Assembly (NCBI GenBank): GCA_964291415.2
Contig: OZ219920.1
Span: forward strand, 704,001-768,000
DNA: 64,000 nt
Direction: 5' to 3'
Origin: Alphaproteobacteria bacterium
GTDB taxonomy: Bacteria; Pseudomonadota; Alphaproteobacteria; SP197
Below the pieces are notes generated by a model that saw only the letters and a program-made list of their open reading frames with translations, ran no database searches and was not told the origin of the DNA. Positions 52,140 through 63,639 of the stretch are shown here, one piece after another; position 1 is the first letter of the stretch, and every line of letters begins with the position of its first letter. The position numbers were made by a program, and so were the translations under genes.

Positions 52140-53463
52140 GCCGCTCCTTCCGGCTGCAGGTCCGCGCATCCTGCGTCTGGCGAGCCTGTCGCCGGCAGAG
52201 CGCGATGCTCTCATGATTCGCCGGGCGCCCGACATGGCGCATCACGTGGAGCGGGCGAGGCCCATCGTCGAGGCGGTGCGCGGCGAGGGTGACCGGGCCC
52301 TGGTGAGGTTTGCGGAGCAATTCGACGGCGTTCGCATGTCGCGGGAACAGCTGAAAGTGGCGCCGCAGGATTTCGCCAGGGCACGCCAGAGCGTGCCGGA
52401 CGAGGTGGTTGACGCCCTCTCCATGGCGGCGGACCACATCCGTCTTGTTCACGAAAGGCAGCGTCCCCCAACCCTCGACATGGTCGAGGTCCGGCCCGGT
52501 GTCATGGCCGGAGACCGTCATGTGCCGATCGATTCCGTCGCCTGCTACGTGCCCCGCGGCAAGGGCGCATTCCCGTCCGTTGCCCTGATGACGACCATTC
52601 CGGCGGTCGTCGCCGGAGTGAAGAAGGTGGTGATCGTGACGCCGCCGGGACCCGGTGGTCAGTGCGATCCGGCTACCCTGGTGGCGGCCCGTCTGGCCGG
52701 TGTGGAAGAGGTCTGCCTTGCCGGGGGTGCGCAGGCGGTCGCCGCCGTCGCCTTCGGCACCGAAACCGTGCCGCGTTGCGTGCGCATCGTCGGACCCGGC
52801 TCACCGTGGGTCGGTGCCGCCATGACGTTGTGCGCGGACTTCATCGAGCCCGGACCGCCCGCCGGGCCGTCGGAGGCCGTGGTGTTCGCCGACGACACCG
52901 CGGATGTCGCGCGCGTGGCCCTCGATCTTCTCATCGAGGCGGAACACGGCGATGATTCGACCGTGTTTCTGGTCACCTGGAACGACGAGTTCGCCGAATC
53001 AGTGGCCGATGCCATCTCCGGACACCTCGAGAACCTGTCACCGGAGCGCCGGCACTACGCCGGCGCTGCGCTGGGCACCAACGGCGGCCTTGTCATTGCC
53101 GGCGATGCCGGGGACGCGCTTGATTTTGTCAATGCCTTCGCACCCGAACACCTGCAGATTGCCAGCCGCCGGCCCCGTGCATGGCTCGACGCCATCAGCA
53201 ATGCCGGCGAGATCCTGTTGGGTCAGGAAGCGCCGTTCTCCATGGCGAACTACATGATCGGCGTCAACGCGGTGCTGCCCACCGGCGGCAAGGCGGCGAG
53301 CCGGTCCGCCCTCGGGGTCGTGGACTTCCTCAAGCGCCAGTCCATCGCGGAGCTGACTCCTGCCGGTCACGACATCCTCGCATCCGCCACCCGTATCCTC
53401 GCGGACTACGAGGGATTTGACGCCCATGCCCTGGCGATCACGGCGCGCCGGCATCCGTCCTGA
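52132..53463 (+). CDS. histidinol dehydrogenase homolog (divergent active site)
   Basis: V...GD.AL......FD, YVP.G, GGAQA.AA.A.GT, GPG..WV, AGPSE, EAEHG, APEHL; start uncertain. Confidence 0.85.
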   Translation: MAEPLLPAAGPRILRLASLSPAERDALMIRRAPDMAHHVERARPIVEAVRGEGDRALVRFAEQFDGVRMSREQLKVAPQDFARARQSVPDEVVDALSMAADHIRLVHERQRPPTLDMVEVRPGVMAGDRHVPIDSVACYVPRGKGAFPSVALMTTIPAVVAGVKKVVIVTPPGPGGQCDPATLVAARLAGVEEVCLAGGAQAVAAVAFGTETVPRCVRIVGPGSPWVGAAMTLCADFIEPGPPAGPSEAVVFADDTADVARVALDLLIEAEHGDDSTVFLVTWNDEFAESVADAISGHLENLSPERRHYAGAALGTNGGLVIAGDAGDALDFVNAFAPEHLQIASRRPRAWLDAISNAGEILLGQEAPFSMANYMIGVNAVLPTGGKAASRSALGVVDFLKRQSIAELTPAGHDILASATRILADYEGFDAHALAITARRHPS

Positions 53464-53691
53464 CGTGTGAAGGGCCAGGCGCGGGAATCGTTGCGCAAGG
53501 GGCGTCAGTGATGGGACGAAGGACCGTGCCTGGGGCGTGGCGGCGCCAGACCGCCCTCTGGGGATAAAACCACCAAACCGCCATACGGCCACCAAGTGCT
53601 CATGATAATATTCGGACCGAGAGTGATCAGTGGGAATGTCCGGAGCGCGCCGGGTTCGGTCAGGGCTCGGCCGGGGCGATGGGGAGCAATC

Positions 53692-54566
53692 ATGAGCAAG
53701 ACTTCTGGAATGTTGTTGGCCGGCGCAGTGGCGCTTCTTCTGGCGGCGTGCGGAACACCGGCATCGATTGACCGCGTTGATGGAATGGCCACCGCGGATG
53801 ACCCGTTTCTCCAGCAACTTCACGCCGGCTATGTTGATCTCGCGCGCAAGGAAGCGGCGTACTACGACTGGGTCGATGCCGCGACATTTCGCGACCGGGC
53901 AGAGATGGTGGCTGAGGGTGTTGCCGTTGAGCCGTGGGATCCCACCGGCTGGAACATCGACTCGGCGGAGCAGATGGACCTTCTCGTCAACGAACGGGCG
54001 AACCTGATGGCGGAGCTGGCGGCAGGAGACAGGGTTGAGCGTCCGGAGGCTGCCGCCCGCGCGCAGACAAGCTTCGACTGCTGGATCGAGGAGGTCGAGG
54101 AAGGGCCGGTCCATCCGGCCCGATCGCAGCTCACCAGGAGACCCAGATAGCGTCATGCCGCGACTCCTTCTACGCGGCCATGGAAGAACTCTTGTACGTC
54201 GAGCCAGAGCCCGAACCCGTGCCTGAGCCCGAACCGCAAACGGAGTTTGTCGTCTACTTCGCCTGGAACAGCCCGGACCTCTCGGACACTGCCATGGGAT
54301 TTCTCGGTGAGGTTCTCGAGGAGGCCGTGCGCCAGCAGCCGTCGAGCATCGTGATTTCCGGGCACACGGACACTTCGGGAAGCAACGACTTCAACCTGGG
54401 TCTCTCCCGGGAGCGTGTCGAGGCGGTCGCGGCCTACATGACGGCAGCGGGAATCGATCCCTCGATCCTCGTTCTCGAATGGCATGGCGAGGCCTTGCCG
54501 GTGGTCGATACCGGCGATGACGTGCGCAATCCGAGCAATCGGCGTGTCGAAGTCTCGTTCGAGTGA
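53692..54566 (+). pseudogene. OmpA-family lipoprotein split by a frameshift near 54105 (pseudogene or assembly error)
   Basis: Lipobox LAAC, AQ..FDCW.E..EE in one frame; IA.CRD.F..AM, (EP)n linker and OmpA_C (GHTD.SG...N..LS..R, NRRVE) in another. Confidence 0.75.
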
Positions 54567-54576
54567 GGAGAAGGCG

Positions 54577-54933
54577 ATGACCGACGAATCCCGTCGCATC
54601 GTCCGGCGCGGTGACGACACCTCGCGGTTTGTGCCCTATGACCGTTACGGCGAGGCCATTCCCGGGCTGTCGTGGATCAGCATGAGCCTTGATCCGGAGA
54701 CCGGGTGTGGATCCTATCTGCTGCGTCTCGAACCGGGCTACTCGTCACTGCCTCATGAACACGTCGACTATGAGGATTTCTTCGTGGTCGACGGCGAGCT
54801 CGTCGATGATGACGGCAGCGTCTTTCGCCAGGGGGATTTCGTGTCGTTCAGACCGGGAACGATTCATTCGTCCACCACCCGCACCGGTTGCACGCTTGCC
54901 GTCTTCCTGCGCACGGCCAACCGCCTGATCTGA
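54577..54933 (+). CDS. ChrR-like cupin domain protein
   Basis: PG...PHEH...E.F.V.DG.L.D, GD.....PG..H, GC. Confidence 0.82.
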   Translation: MTDESRRIVRRGDDTSRFVPYDRYGEAIPGLSWISMSLDPETGCGSYLLRLEPGYSSLPHEHVDYEDFFVVDGELVDDDGSVFRQGDFVSFRPGTIHSSTTRTGCTLAVFLRTANRLI

Positions 54934-55095
54934 CTGTCCGGGGCGCAGACCCGCCTCGGCTGGTCGCCAGGGCGACCGTTCGACGCAAAGGGCGGGAACC
55001 GCGTCCCTGTCTGAGAACACGTGCGCCGGCGGGTTTCCTCCGGACATCGGTGCCGAACTCGCCACCGCGCGAACGTGCGGAGTCCCCAGACAATG

Positions 55096-55129
55096 AAAAG
55101 GGGGCCGTGGCATGGCCACGGCCCCCCTT
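55096..55129 (-). terminator. intrinsic terminator after groEL copy 2
   Basis: GGGGGCCGTGG/CCACGGCCCCC stem with TTTT tail on the minus strand. Confidence 0.78.
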
Positions 55130-55155
55130 GTCGGAGGGTGACTGGCAAGCGGGGC

Positions 55156-57155
<2,000 letters not shown>

Positions 57156-57204
57156 GAGCTCTCTTCCTCTTCGTGAGCAGGCGGCAGGTGCCCGCCGTGA
57201 TGTG

Positions 57205-57231
57205 TTGGCACTCACCGGCGGCGAGTGCCAA
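57205..57231. promoter_or_regulatory. CIRCE element (HrcA operator)
   Basis: TTGGCACTC-N9-GAGTGCCAA with extended TGTG/CACA arms. Confidence 0.93.
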
Positions 57232-57234
57232 CAC

Positions 57235-57262
57235 ACATGGTGTCGCGTTCGCCCCTGTCAAG
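57235..57262 (-). promoter_or_regulatory. promoter of groESL-2 (RpoH-like spacing, TTGACA -35)
   Basis: Minus strand CTTG(ACA)-N17-ACCATGT adjacent to the CIRCE. Confidence 0.55.
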
Positions 57263-57587
57263 ACCGTTTCGTGTGACCGGGCTTTCAGGGAGTCGACGCC
57301 TTTGCCTGCGAGCGCGTCGCCGGGAGACCTGACGGCAGCGAACGGCATCGGCTTTGACCCATGCGCCGGATGACGCCGCAGCAACGCAGGTCAGTCTGCC
57401 GGAGATGGGTCGGGGCCCGCCTCCATGGCCGCTCACGGGCAAGGAGAAGAGGGAAACACCAGACCTCCATGACAGCCGGATCGACCTCGCCGGGACGGGA
57501 CAGGCTCGTTGTTTTCGAGGTGACACAGGCGCCGGGATGTGTGTTATAAGGATCTGCGGTGAACTGTTGAGGAGGCACCAAGGCGCC

Positions 57588-58526
57588 ATGGCCGTGACAG
57601 ACAGTGCCCGGACTGTGTCCTATGGGGACAGCCAGCGGACCTCCCTGATCTTCCGTGTGAACGCGCTGTTCCTGCGTCACGAGTGGATCAGGGGCTACAC
57701 CCTGCTATCGCCGACGTTGCTGGTGATGGTGATGCTGATGTGCCTGCCAGTGTTCATGCTGGTGACCTACAGCTTCTGGACCCAGAACTATCTGGACATC
57801 GACAGGACGTTTACGCTGGCCAACTACGAGGCCTTCTTCCAGAAACCGATCTATGTCGCCCTGATCATGAAGTCGGTCAGGATGTCGCTCTTCTGCACCT
57901 TCGCGACCATCATCCTCGCCTACCCGATGGCCTACTTCATCGCCTTCAAGGTCAAGAGCAACAAGCTGGTCTGGCTCATTCTCATCACCGTGCCGTTCTG
58001 GACGAGCTACCTGCTTCGCGTCTTCGCCTGGAAGGTCATTCTCGGGTACAACGGTGTCGTCAACTCGGGACTCATCAGCGTCGGGCTGATCGGCGAGCCC
58101 CTGCAGTTCCTGCTCTACAATCCGACGGCGGTGGTGCTGACCCTGGCGCACGCCTGGGCCGCCTTCGCCATTCTTCCCATCTACGTGTCGCTGGAGAAGA
58201 TCGACAGATCCTACCTTGAAGCGGCCACCGACCTGGGCGACACCCCCTCGGAGCGCTTCTGGCGGGTGACCTGGCCGCTGTCGCTTCCCGGCGTCATCGC
58301 GGCAGGCCTTCTGGTCTTCATTCCGACCGTTGCCGATTACGTGACACCGCGCCTTGTGGGCGGCACGACAGGCATCATGATCGGCAACATCATCCAGTCG
58401 CAGTTCGGCAAGGCCAACAACTGGCCGCTGGGCGCGGCGCTGTCCGTGATTGTCATGCTGATGATCGCCTTCCTGGTGGTTGTCTTCATTGTCACGACGA
58501 CCCGCGGAAGGGCGCGATCCGCATGA
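57588..58526 (+). CDS. polyamine/PotB-type ABC transporter permease
   Basis: AYP.AY, PFWTSYL.R..AW, LPIY.SLE.ID....EAA.DLG, NWPLGAA. Confidence 0.9.
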   Translation: MAVTDSARTVSYGDSQRTSLIFRVNALFLRHEWIRGYTLLSPTLLVMVMLMCLPVFMLVTYSFWTQNYLDIDRTFTLANYEAFFQKPIYVALIMKSVRMSLFCTFATIILAYPMAYFIAFKVKSNKLVWLILITVPFWTSYLLRVFAWKVILGYNGVVNSGLISVGLIGEPLQFLLYNPTAVVLTLAHAWAAFAILPIYVSLEKIDRSYLEAATDLGDTPSERFWRVTWPLSLPGVIAAGLLVFIPTVADYVTPRLVGGTTGIMIGNIIQSQFGKANNWPLGAALSVIVMLMIAFLVVVFIVTTTRGRARSA

Positions 58527-59428
58527 CCGACACGACTGCCCAGGGGAGTCTGACGGCCCAAAAGGCCGCGGAGGACCAGCGCGGCGAGGAAGCGCCGCAG
58601 TATTTTGCCTCCAAGCACGAGGGACATCACTGGACCGCCGAGGCGCCGATGTTCCTCTACGCGGTCTGGTATCTGGCCTTCCTCTATATCCCGGTGCTGT
58701 TCCTGCCGCTGTTTTCATTCAACGACTCCATCTATGTCGCCTTCCCGCTCAAGGGCTTCTCCCTCGAGTGGTATGGCGACATGGTGAGTACCCAGCAGTT
58801 GCTCGAGGCCCTCGCCAACAGTGTCAAGGTGGGTGGCGCCGTGGCGGTCCTCTCGACGATCCTGGGATTGTTCGCTGCCAAGGCGATGACGCGCTACGTG
58901 ATGCCCGGCAAGGGAGCCGTCACGGCCTTCATCATGCTGCCGCTTGTCGTGCCGGGCATCATTCTCGGCATCTCCCTCCTGGTGATCACCAACATGGTGG
59001 GAATGCCACTCTCGCTCTACACCATTGGCCTCGCCCACACGCTGATCAGCGTGCCGTTTGCCACGCTGGTGCTGATGTCCCGCCTCGAGGGTTTCGACAA
59101 GAACCTCGAGGAGGCCTCGCTCGACCTTGGCGAGGGTCCGTTCCGGACATTTTTCCGGGTGACCCTGCCGCTTGCCTGGCCGGGCATCCTGGCGAGTCTG
59201 CTTCTCACCTTCACGATCTCCTTCGATGAGTTCATCCTCGCCTTCTTCCTGGCGGGCAACGAAGCGACCCTGCCGGTCTACATCTGGAGTCAGTTGCGCT
59301 TTCCGAGCAGATTGCCGATGGTGCTGGCCCTTGGCGCCACCATCCTGATCTTCTCGTTCTTCATCGTGACTGTCGCCGAGGTGTTGCGCAGGCGCGGTGT
59401 CGGCCCGCAGTCTGGATCGGCGATCTGA
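58523..59428 (+). CDS. polyamine/PotC-type ABC transporter permease
   Basis: FLY.P....SFN, F.L.WY, LEEAS.DLG, SFDEF, TLP..IWS. Confidence 0.9.
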   Translation: MTDTTAQGSLTAQKAAEDQRGEEAPQYFASKHEGHHWTAEAPMFLYAVWYLAFLYIPVLFLPLFSFNDSIYVAFPLKGFSLEWYGDMVSTQQLLEALANSVKVGGAVAVLSTILGLFAAKAMTRYVMPGKGAVTAFIMLPLVVPGIILGISLLVITNMVGMPLSLYTIGLAHTLISVPFATLVLMSRLEGFDKNLEEASLDLGEGPFRTFFRVTLPLAWPGILASLLLTFTISFDEFILAFFLAGNEATLPVYIWSQLRFPSRLPMVLALGATILIFSFFIVTVAEVLRRRGVGPQSGSAI

Positions 59429-59479
59429 CCGGAGTGACCCGGCACATCTTCAACCTTGCAATCTTGACGGACAGGGCTC

Positions 59480-60577
59480 ATGGCACGTGACGACTACATC
59501 TCGATGAGAAACACGTCGAAGCACTTCGGCAGCGTCAGGGCTGTCGACGATGTGACCTTCGACATCGGCGAGGGAGAGTTCTTTTCCCTTCTCGGCGCCT
59601 CCGGGTGCGGCAAGACGACGCTGCTGCGGATGCTGGCGGGTTTCGAGCAGCCCACCCTGGGCAATATCTTCCTCGATGGCCAGCCGCAGGCCGGGGTGCC
59701 GCCACACCATCGTCCGGTCAACATGGTGTTCCAGAACTACGCCATCTTTCCGCATCTCAACGTCAACCGGAACATCGCCTACGGCATGCGCAAGTCGGGC
59801 CTCTCCAAGGCGGAGGTTGACCGGCGGGTGGACGAGATGCTCGACCTCATCAAGCTGCCCGGCTACGGCGCCCGGGGCGCTCACCAGCTGTCCGGCGGCC
59901 AGCGCCAGCGTGTCGCCCTGGCACGCGCCCTCATCAAGAAACCCAAGGTGCTGCTGCTTGACGAGCCGCTTGGCGCCCTTGACAAGAAACTGCGCGAGCA
60001 GATGCAGCTCGAGTTGCGGGCCCTGCAGCGCGATGTCGGCATCACCTTCGTGTTCGTGACCCACGATCAGGAAGAGGCCATGACGATGTCCGACCGTATT
60101 GCGGTCATGTCGCTCGGCAAGGTTCTGCAGATCGATTCACCGGCCCGGCTCTACGAGGTGCCGAAGGTGAAGGAGGTGGCGGACTTCATTGGCACGGTCA
60201 ACCTCTTCGAAGGCGACATCAGGGGCCGGGAGGGTGATGGCACCATCGTTGAGGCAGAGGGTCTGGGGACCGTCCGCTCGACGGCCTCCGGCGCCGAGGC
60301 GCCTTCGGCCGGACCGATCACCGTCGCCATTCGCCCCGAGAAGTTCCAGCTGACCTTCTCTGAACCGGAGGCAACCAGGAACATGGTGACCGGCACCATG
60401 CAGGCGGCGGCCTATCTCGGTGACCGCAGTCATTACTATGTCACCGTTGATGGGCGCGAGACGCCGATCGCCGTCGCTGCCCAGAATGCCCAGCGTCAGC
60501 TCTCGGTCGTGGGCCAGCACCATGAACGTGTCTGGCTGACCTGGAACGACGATTCGGCCCTGTTGCTGACAGCCTGA
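59480..60577 (+). CDS. polyamine/PotA-type ABC transporter ATP-binding protein
   Basis: GASGCGKTT, LSGGQRQR, LLLDEPLGALD, TOBE-like C-terminus. Confidence 0.92.
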   Translation: MARDDYISMRNTSKHFGSVRAVDDVTFDIGEGEFFSLLGASGCGKTTLLRMLAGFEQPTLGNIFLDGQPQAGVPPHHRPVNMVFQNYAIFPHLNVNRNIAYGMRKSGLSKAEVDRRVDEMLDLIKLPGYGARGAHQLSGGQRQRVALARALIKKPKVLLLDEPLGALDKKLREQMQLELRALQRDVGITFVFVTHDQEEAMTMSDRIAVMSLGKVLQIDSPARLYEVPKVKEVADFIGTVNLFEGDIRGREGDGTIVEAEGLGTVRSTASGAEAPSAGPITVAIRPEKFQLTFSEPEATRNMVTGTMQAAAYLGDRSHYYVTVDGRETPIAVAAQNAQRQLSVVGQHHERVWLTWNDDSALLLTA

Positions 60578-60618
60578 AGCACCGCAGCCCTCGCCTGCGG
60601 GCGAGTCTGTGGGGAGCG

Positions 60619-61800
60619 ATGCGTTACAGCGCCACGATTGCGCGCCTCGAGAACGAGGGATCGCGGGCCTGGGACCTGCATGCCCGCGCCCAGGAGGAGC
60701 GGCGTCGCGGACGCGATGTCATCCTGCTGAGCATCGGTGATCCCGACTTTCCCACGCCGCCCGGCATTGTCGATGCCCTGGTGAAGAGTGTCTCGGAGGG
60801 CGACACCCACTATGGGGAGGTGGACGGCGCCAGGGAGCTGAGGCGCGCCATTGCCGAACGACACGCACGCGACACCGGAACGAATGTCACCTGGGAGAAT
60901 GTCACCGTGACCCCCGGCGCCCAGGGTGCGCTCTTCGGAGCCATCATGTGCCTCGCCCAGGCGGGTGACGAAGTGGTGGTGCCGCAGCCCTGCTACGTGA
61001 CCTACGACTCCGTCGTGCAGGCCAGCGGCGCCACGCTCGTCAGCGTTCCCCTGCGACCCGACCGGGCGTTTCATCTGGATGCCGACGATGTTGCGGCGGC
61101 CGTCACCCCGAAAACACGCGTGGTCATGATCAACACGCCGCACAATCCGACGGGAGCCGCCCTTGGACCGGACGAGCTCGAAGGACTGGCGCATCTCTGC
61201 CGGTCCCATGACCTGTGGCTTGTCAGCGACGAGGTCTACAGCCGGACTCTCTTCGATGGCCGCCGGCATGTCTCTCCCCGCAGCCTTCCTGGCATGGAGT
61301 CGCGCTGTGTCGTCATTGACAGCCTCTCCAAGTCCCACGCGATGACCGGATGGCGTATCGGCTGGACGGTGGCTCCTGTGGAGTTTGCCCGGCACATGTA
61401 CAATCTGGCTCTGGCGATCCACTACGGTCTGCCGACATTCATCCAGGCGGCGGCCATCGAAGCGGTTCGCGGGGACTACCACGAGGTGGCGGAGATGACG
61501 CGGCGCTACCAGACGCGTCTCGATCTGTTGTGCGATTGCCTGGCCCCCTGCGGCAACCTTGCCGTCGTCAGGCCCCAGGGCGCCTGTTTCATGATGATCG
61601 ACGTGCGCGCCACGGGTCTCTCGTCCATGGACTTTTCCTGGAGGTTGCTCGAGGAGGCCGGGGTCGCCGTTCTGGCATGCGACGGCTTCGGCAGCACCGG
61701 CGCCGGTTTTGTCAGACTGTCTCTGACGGCGTCCGACGAGGATCTTCGCAGCGCCGGAGAGCGCATTGCCGGTTTCGCCGCCACATTGCCCGGCGGCTGA
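60619..61800 (+). CDS. class I/II PLP-dependent aminotransferase (AruH-like)
   Basis: LSIGDPDF, GAQ.AL, NTPHNPTG, SDEVY, SLSKSHAMTGWRIGW. Confidence 0.9.
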   Translation: MRYSATIARLENEGSRAWDLHARAQEERRRGRDVILLSIGDPDFPTPPGIVDALVKSVSEGDTHYGEVDGARELRRAIAERHARDTGTNVTWENVTVTPGAQGALFGAIMCLAQAGDEVVVPQPCYVTYDSVVQASGATLVSVPLRPDRAFHLDADDVAAAVTPKTRVVMINTPHNPTGAALGPDELEGLAHLCRSHDLWLVSDEVYSRTLFDGRRHVSPRSLPGMESRCVVIDSLSKSHAMTGWRIGWTVAPVEFARHMYNLALAIHYGLPTFIQAAAIEAVRGDYHEVAEMTRRYQTRLDLLCDCLAPCGNLAVVRPQGACFMMIDVRATGLSSMDFSWRLLEEAGVAVLACDGFGSTGAGFVRLSLTASDEDLRSAGERIAGFAATLPGG

Positions 61801-61809
61801 GGTCAGGGG

Positions 61810-62355
61810 ATGGCGACAAAGGTGCGGTACCGGCTGCGGCATGCGCTTCCGTTGCTGGCCTTCGCTGCCCTGGCCGTGTCGCTGGCGATCGGTCTCGGGC
61901 GCGACCCCTCCCACGTGCCATCCGCTCTCATCGGCGATCCGGTACCCGAGATCGTCCTGCCGGCCGTCGAGAACCACGGACCGTCGTTCACGTCGAAGGA
62001 CTTCCAGGGCAAGGCCACGCTGGTCAACGTCTTTGCTTCCTGGTGCGCGAGCTGCCTTGACGAGCATCCCCTGCTGATGGAGATTTCTGCCAGCGGCGCG
62101 GCGCGAATCTTCGGTCTTGCCTACAAGGACGATTCCGCGGCGGCGTCCGCGTGGCTGGATCGTCTCGGCAATCCCTACGCCGCCACTGCTGCCGACGTCG
62201 ATGGCAGGGCAGGCGTGGAATGGGGTGTCAGGGGCGTGCCTGAGACCTTCGTCGTGGATGCCGGCGGCATCATCGTCTACAAGCATGTCGGACCACTCAC
62301 ACGGGATATCTGGCGCCGCGACATGCTGCCCGTGATCACAGGAGCCGGATCGTGA
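61810..62355 (+). CDS. DsbE/CcmG-type thiol:disulfide interchange protein
   Basis: PSALIG.P.P, NVFASWCASC..EHP.L, YKD, G.PY, GVPETF. Confidence 0.88.
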   Translation: MATKVRYRLRHALPLLAFAALAVSLAIGLGRDPSHVPSALIGDPVPEIVLPAVENHGPSFTSKDFQGKATLVNVFASWCASCLDEHPLLMEISASGAARIFGLAYKDDSAAASAWLDRLGNPYAATAADVDGRAGVEWGVRGVPETFVVDAGGIIVYKHVGPLTRDIWRRDMLPVITGAGS

Positions 62356-62906
62356 CCACATCGCTGCGAAAAATCGCCTGGTGCATCCCTGTGTTCCTGT
62401 TCTGCCTCGCCGTCGGGGTGAAGCCGGCTGCGGCCCTCGATGCTCTGGCCTGGCTCGATCCCCCGTTTCCGGCCCCCGAGACCCCCTACCTGGTCGAGGG
62501 CGGGGGAACCGGGACCCTTGCCGATCACAGGGGCAAGGCCATCGTGCTCAACTTCTGGGCGACATGGTGCCCTCCCTGCATCGAGGAAATGCCCTCGCTC
62601 GATCGCCTCGCCGCGCGTCATGCCGGCAGCCACCTCGCCGTCATCACCATGGCCGCGGACCGGGCGAGCGAGGAGAAGATCAAGGCCTTCCATGACGAAC
62701 ACGAACTTCGTCACCTGACGATCCAGCGTGATCCGGACTTGAAGCTGGCGCGTTCCATGCGGCTCTTTGGCCTGCCGACGACCTTTCTCATCGATCACCG
62801 GGGCGATGTCGTGGCGCAGCTGGTCGGCGAGGCGCAATGGGACGGGGATGAGGCCCTGGCCGTGATCATGCCCCTCGTGGAAGCCGCGGCGGCCGATGCG
62901 CCCTGA
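62352..62906 (+). CDS. TlpA-family disulfide reductase
   Basis: LNFWATWCPPC..EMPSL, GLPTT.LID, G.A.W. Confidence 0.9.
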   Translation: MTTSLRKIAWCIPVFLFCLAVGVKPAAALDALAWLDPPFPAPETPYLVEGGGTGTLADHRGKAIVLNFWATWCPPCIEEMPSLDRLAARHAGSHLAVITMAADRASEEKIKAFHDEHELRHLTIQRDPDLKLARSMRLFGLPTTFLIDHRGDVVAQLVGEAQWDGDEALAVIMPLVEAAAADAP

Positions 62907-63637
62907 TGGAGATCCACGGGGTTGAACTGGGGGTCGCGCTCGTCGCCGGCATCGTGTCGTTCCTTTCACCCTGTGTTCTTCCCCTGGTGCCGGCCTACGT
63001 CTCCTACGTGGCCGGCGTCACCGTCGATGACCTGGCGCGCCAGGACGGCCGAAGGCCGGCGATTCTGGTGGCCAGCCTCCTGTTCGTGCTCGGTTTCTCG
63101 ACGGTGTTCGTGCTGTTCGGTGCCAGTGCGACCGCTGCCGGGGCCTTTGTCCTGCGCCACAGTCTCCTGCTTGTCGATATCGCGGGCATCGTCGTCATCG
63201 TCTTTGGCCTGGTGATGATGGGTGTGCTGCGCCTGCCGGTCCTGCAGCGCGATTTCAGGTTCCATCCGGCCCTGGGAAGGGGCAGGGCAGGGGCGGCCTA
63301 TGTTCTCGGTGTTGCCTTCGGATTCGGCTGGACCCCGTGTATCGGACCGGTTCTCGGGAGCATCCTCGCCATCGCCGCAACCAAGGCGACGATCGCCGGC
63401 GGCGTCTCGCTGCTGGCCGTCTACGCCCTCGGGCTGGGGCTGCCGTTTCTTGGCGCCGCCCTCTTCACCGGCGTCCTGCTGCGTCACCTGGGAGGACTGG
63501 GCCGGATCGGCCATCGCCTGCAGATCATCGCCGGCGCCGCTCTCGTCGCCATGGGCGTTGCCATGCTGGCGGGCTGGGTGTCGGCCATGGCCTGGTGGCT
63601 GCTGGAGACATTCCCCTTTCTGGCCGGGATCGGCTGA
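62906..63637 (+). CDS. ccdA: cytochrome c biogenesis CcdA-family protein
   Basis: SFLSPCVLPLVP.Y, FVLGF, F.FGWTPCIGP.L, Y.LGLG.PF. Confidence 0.9.
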   Translation: MEIHGVELGVALVAGIVSFLSPCVLPLVPAYVSYVAGVTVDDLARQDGRRPAILVASLLFVLGFSTVFVLFGASATAAGAFVLRHSLLLVDIAGIVVIVFGLVMMGVLRLPVLQRDFRFHPALGRGRAGAAYVLGVAFGFGWTPCIGPVLGSILAIAATKATIAGGVSLLAVYALGLGLPFLGAALFTGVLLRHLGGLGRIGHRLQIIAGAALVAMGVAMLAGWVSAMAWWLLETFPFLAGIG

Positions 63638-63639
63638 CC

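Noticed and set aside
54196-54240. GAGCCAGAGCCCGAACCC repeat-like tract
   Set aside because: Encodes the Glu-Pro linker of the OmpA protein
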